DNA of 34,546 nucleotides from an uncultured Bacilli bacterium (lineage in GTDB: Bacteria; Bacillota_I; Bacilli_A; RF39; UBA660): NCBI GenBank assembly GCA_947630415.1, contig CANRHM010000002.1:1-34546 (forward strand), written 5' to 3'. Below, in pieces: positions 32,421-34,546 of this stretch (the stretch's first letter is position 1; each line of letters begins with the position of its first letter). The position numbers and the translations under genes are program-made. The notes beneath the pieces are model-generated. The model did not search any database. It had not been told where the DNA came from and saw only the letters and a program-made list of their open reading frames with translations.

Positions 32421-33993
32421 TTCCTCCTTTTAAGAAATATTCATACGTTTTATCGCGAACAACAAACTTAAACGCAACATCGGTCGCATTCATGACTTCT
32501 TTAGGTACTAGCAAATAAACATATTTTCCTTTCCAATCTCTCGATAATGGTAAGGAAAAAGTGGATTCTTTTTTGACTTGGTCGATGGTATAAACAAGTT
32601 TGGCTTGTTTGGCTAAGAAACTACTTAAAGATAAACCGGTCGTATCTTCACTAAAGTTAAGTCGTAAGATGCTTTTATTTCCACTATAGTTTGAAGCTTT
32701 TATTTTACCTTCATAAACTTTGCAATCCCACACATAGCAACTGGTGTATAAGTAAGAAGCTTCGTCCATGACTTGATAGTTGTAAAAAGAAACCGTTTTC
32801 TTGGTTGTATCATAGAACTCTAAATCCATCGCTGTATTGAGGTATGCTAAAGAGGTTTCAGTAGAAGATGAAAGATCGGTCAAATTGGTATGAATAAGAC
32901 GTAGTTTTAAATCGTTGGATCCTCTTATTTCTTGATAGTAAAGTGTATATTTAGAACCAAAATCGATGGGTTTTATTTCATAGATTAACAACATGGAATT
33001 GGTAACGCCTGGTGCAAGGGTTTGGTTCTGGTAGCCTTTTCCTAAATCCGTGAAGTATTGGTCATGACTTTGAATCGGCACATAGTAATTATGATTTGCT
33101 GTAATGATAAACTTCTTGGTATCCAAAGTTAGATTTTGATTAGTGACATTTTTTATAGATAAATCGAGGATTATATATTTTCTTCCTTCTTGGTTGATTA
33201 CATTTCCCGCATAGTCTTTATCAGTAAAGTACATCTTATTAATCTTTAACTCATAGGAATTAGCCCGGAAGGTTTGTCCCATCTTATAAGTTCTATTCTC
33301 AACAAAAATTTGGTGGTAGAGAAAGTAACTTCCTCCTAGAAAAAGGACTAAGGCAATGGTTAAGCAAATGCCTTGGTGTTCTAGTACTACGTATTTGATA
33401 CGACGGAACCGGTTCTTAACGACCCTTTTAACTTGATAAGGATCAAGTCCTACCGATACTTCGACTTCTTCTCTATCTTCTTCGTTAATATCTAAGTACT
33501 CTTCGTCTTCCCTAAAACCAAACTTTTTTAAATCGAGTCCTAAGAAACGAACGAGCAAAATCACTAAAATCGCATATTGTGGAATACTCACAATAAACAA
33601 GAAATCTCGTATTAATAACGTTTGTTGTAGATTAATGGCATCAAACCCAATATGATTAAAATAAGAACTAGCATAAATAAACGTGATCATTACAAGGAAA
33701 TATTCTAATAAGATAAGTCCATAGACCACGACTGGTTTCTTTTTATAATAAAGTAAGAAAATTAAAACAAGGCAAATGGCAAAAATAGCCACAATACAAG
33801 TAAAAAACAAAAAAGAAGTATATTCGGACATCGGAGTAGCAATAGGGTTATAGTATTTCGTATCCAAATAATTCCTTACCATATCTTGAAAGGCTAAATT
33901 TCGAAAGAGCACATAAGTAGAAAGAAGGAATAGAAGAAAATTGATTTTTTGGAAATGCTTAATTAGAAAAGCATAGGGTTTTCTAAAAATCAT
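32395..33993 (-). CDS. Polytopic membrane protein with an extracytoplasmic beta-rich C-terminal half (possibly DUF4352-like)
   Basis: 532 aa. About 5 TM segments in aa 1-160, an acidic loop, a further TM at about aa 200-225, then YELKINKMYFTDKD...GRKYIILDLSIKNVTNQNLTLDTKKFII. AGGAGGG SD. First gene of the block. Confidence 0.75.
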   Translation of the reverse strand: MIFRKPYAFLIKHFQKINFLLFLLSTYVLFRNLAFQDMVRNYLDTKYYNPIATPMSEYTSFLFFTCIVAIFAICLVLIFLLYYKKKPVVVYGLILLEYFLVMITFIYASSYFNHIGFDAINLQQTLLIRDFLFIVSIPQYAILVILLVRFLGLDLKKFGFREDEEYLDINEEDREEVEVSVGLDPYQVKRVVKNRFRRIKYVVLEHQGICLTIALVLFLGGSYFLYHQIFVENRTYKMGQTFRANSYELKINKMYFTDKDYAGNVINQEGRKYIILDLSIKNVTNQNLTLDTKKFIITANHNYYVPIQSHDQYFTDLGKGYQNQTLAPGVTNSMLLIYEIKPIDFGSKYTLYYQEIRGSNDLKLRLIHTNLTDLSSSTETSLAYLNTAMDLEFYDTTKKTVSFYNYQVMDEASYLYTSCYVWDCKVYEGKIKASNYSGNKSILRLNFSEDTTGLSLSSFLAKQAKLVYTIDQVKKESTFSLPLSRDWKGKYVYLLVPKEVMNATDVAFKFVVRDKTYEYFLKGGNENATSGS

Positions 33994-34076
33994 ACACTGC
34001 TACCCTCCTATTCTAGATACTATAATAAGTATAACCTAAATGGTATAAAAAAGAAAGAGTTTTTTATGAAAGAGAT

Positions 34077-34105
34077 TTGCTAATTTCTTGAATCGATGCT
34101 ATAAT
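34077..34105 (+). promoter_or_regulatory. Promoter for the thioredoxin-like lipoprotein gene
   Basis: TTGCTA (34077-34082), a 17-nt spacer, then TGcTATAAT (34098-34105 including the TG). An AAGGAGGG SD precedes the ATG at 34130. Confidence 0.55.
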
Positions 34106-34129
34106 GACTTTAGTCAAGGAGGGAAAACC

Positions 34130-34546
34130 ATGAAAAAGATATTTGCTTGTATCACCATACTTCTTGCAAGTCTTTGTCTTACCGGATGTGGAGGAAGTAA
34201 ATACATTCAAGAAATAGACTTAAAAACATTGAATGAAAAAGTAGAAAATAAGGAGTCTTTTGTCTTAGAGGTTATGCGTACATCTTGTTCCGCATGCCAA
34301 GATTTTGCTCCTAAATTAGAAGAAGTTACTTCGAAATATGAAGTAACAGTTTATCAAATCAATACGGAACATCTTTCCGAAGAAGATTTTAATACTTTTA
34401 AAGATGCTTATAGTGTAAGTTCTACTCCAACGGTTGTCTTCTTTACGGAAGGACAAGAGTTAACAGTAGGAACCCGTATTGTAGGAAGTGTTAGTAAAGA
34501 TAAACTAATTTCTCAATTAAAATTCATGGGTTATATTCAAGAATAA
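34130..34546 (+). CDS. Thioredoxin-fold lipoprotein (extracytoplasmic thiol-disulfide oxidoreductase candidate)
   Basis: The real start is probably the ATG at 34130 (MKKIFACITILLASLCLTGCGG, lipobox LTGC). The track ORF starts at an upstream TTG. CxxC motif CSACQDF, followed by the thioredoxin-like SSTPTVVFF. Confidence 0.8.
   Translation: MKKIFACITILLASLCLTGCGGSKYIQEIDLKTLNEKVENKESFVLEVMRTSCSACQDFAPKLEEVTSKYEVTVYQINTEHLSEEDFNTFKDAYSVSSTPTVVFFTEGQELTVGTRIVGSVSKDKLISQLKFMGYIQE

Noticed and set aside
7756-33993. Interpretation as a complete integrative conjugative element
   Set aside because: I could recognise no integrase/recombinase, excisionase, relaxase, oriT-like nick region or flanking direct repeats within the window, and the left flank runs straight into housekeeping genes. 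This is left open as a question in the findings, since the right flank is only ~550 nt.
34088-34129. TTG-initiated 14-codon extension of the thioredoxin-like ORF
   Set aside because: The predicted -10 box (34100-34105) lies inside the extension. The ATG at 34130 is preceded by AAGGAGGG and starts a canonical lipoprotein signal peptide.
1-34546. Scan for CRISPR arrays, tRNA/rRNA genes, IS elements and TGA-as-Trp recoding (Mollicutes-type code)
   Set aside because: I noticed no regularly spaced direct repeats, no cloverleaf-like or rRNA-like GC-rich segments, and no transposase-like ORFs. TGA clearly functions as a stop (for example at 9939-9941 and 14499-14501), and Trp is encoded by TGG.

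Overview
This is an AT-rich, Bacillota-type chromosomal segment using the standard genetic code (TGA is a stop, TGG is Trp). I found no rRNA, tRNA, CRISPR array, IS element, integrase or relaxase.

**Left part (1-7.7 kb).** trpS lies on the + strand and ends at a bidirectional terminator. The minus-strand genes that follow are:
- an apparent two-gene unit: a 946-aa tail-anchored protein with HExxH and HD motifs, plus a 201-aa cytoplasmic protein with 12 Cys
- a YjbA/UPF0736-like protein
- two membrane proteins
- rmuC
- a rhodanese

**Main block (7756-33993).** 23 co-oriented, tightly packed minus-strand genes join two machineries.
- (i) A Tad/Flp-type pilus module: CpaB-like, CpaF/TadA ATPase, TadB-like, TadC-like, pseudopilin-like proteins, a TadZ-like protein, and a 58-aa Flp-like pilin ORF at 22447-22623 that the ORF track misses. 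Upstream of this module sit a polytopic membrane protein, a 616-aa surface protein, a class B sortase and a 970-aa secreted protein with about 35 Cys.
- (ii) A Gram-positive-type type IV secretion module: two VirB2-like proteins, VirB6-like, PrgI/VirB3-like, a VirB4 encoded as two overlapping ORFs, a papain-fold wall hydrolase, and a VirD4/TraG coupling protein that ends at an intrinsic terminator.

Internal near-consensus promoters, several of the form TGcTATAAT, and hairpin terminators divide the block into several transcription units. An inverted-repeat operator candidate overlaps the promoter of the small VirB2-like gene.

**Right edge.** A divergently transcribed thioredoxin-fold lipoprotein (CSAC motif).

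The Tad + T4SS fusion with no relaxase or integrase in the window is the main candidate for an undescribed system. All functional calls rest on motifs I recognised by eye and on gene order. No database search was possible.
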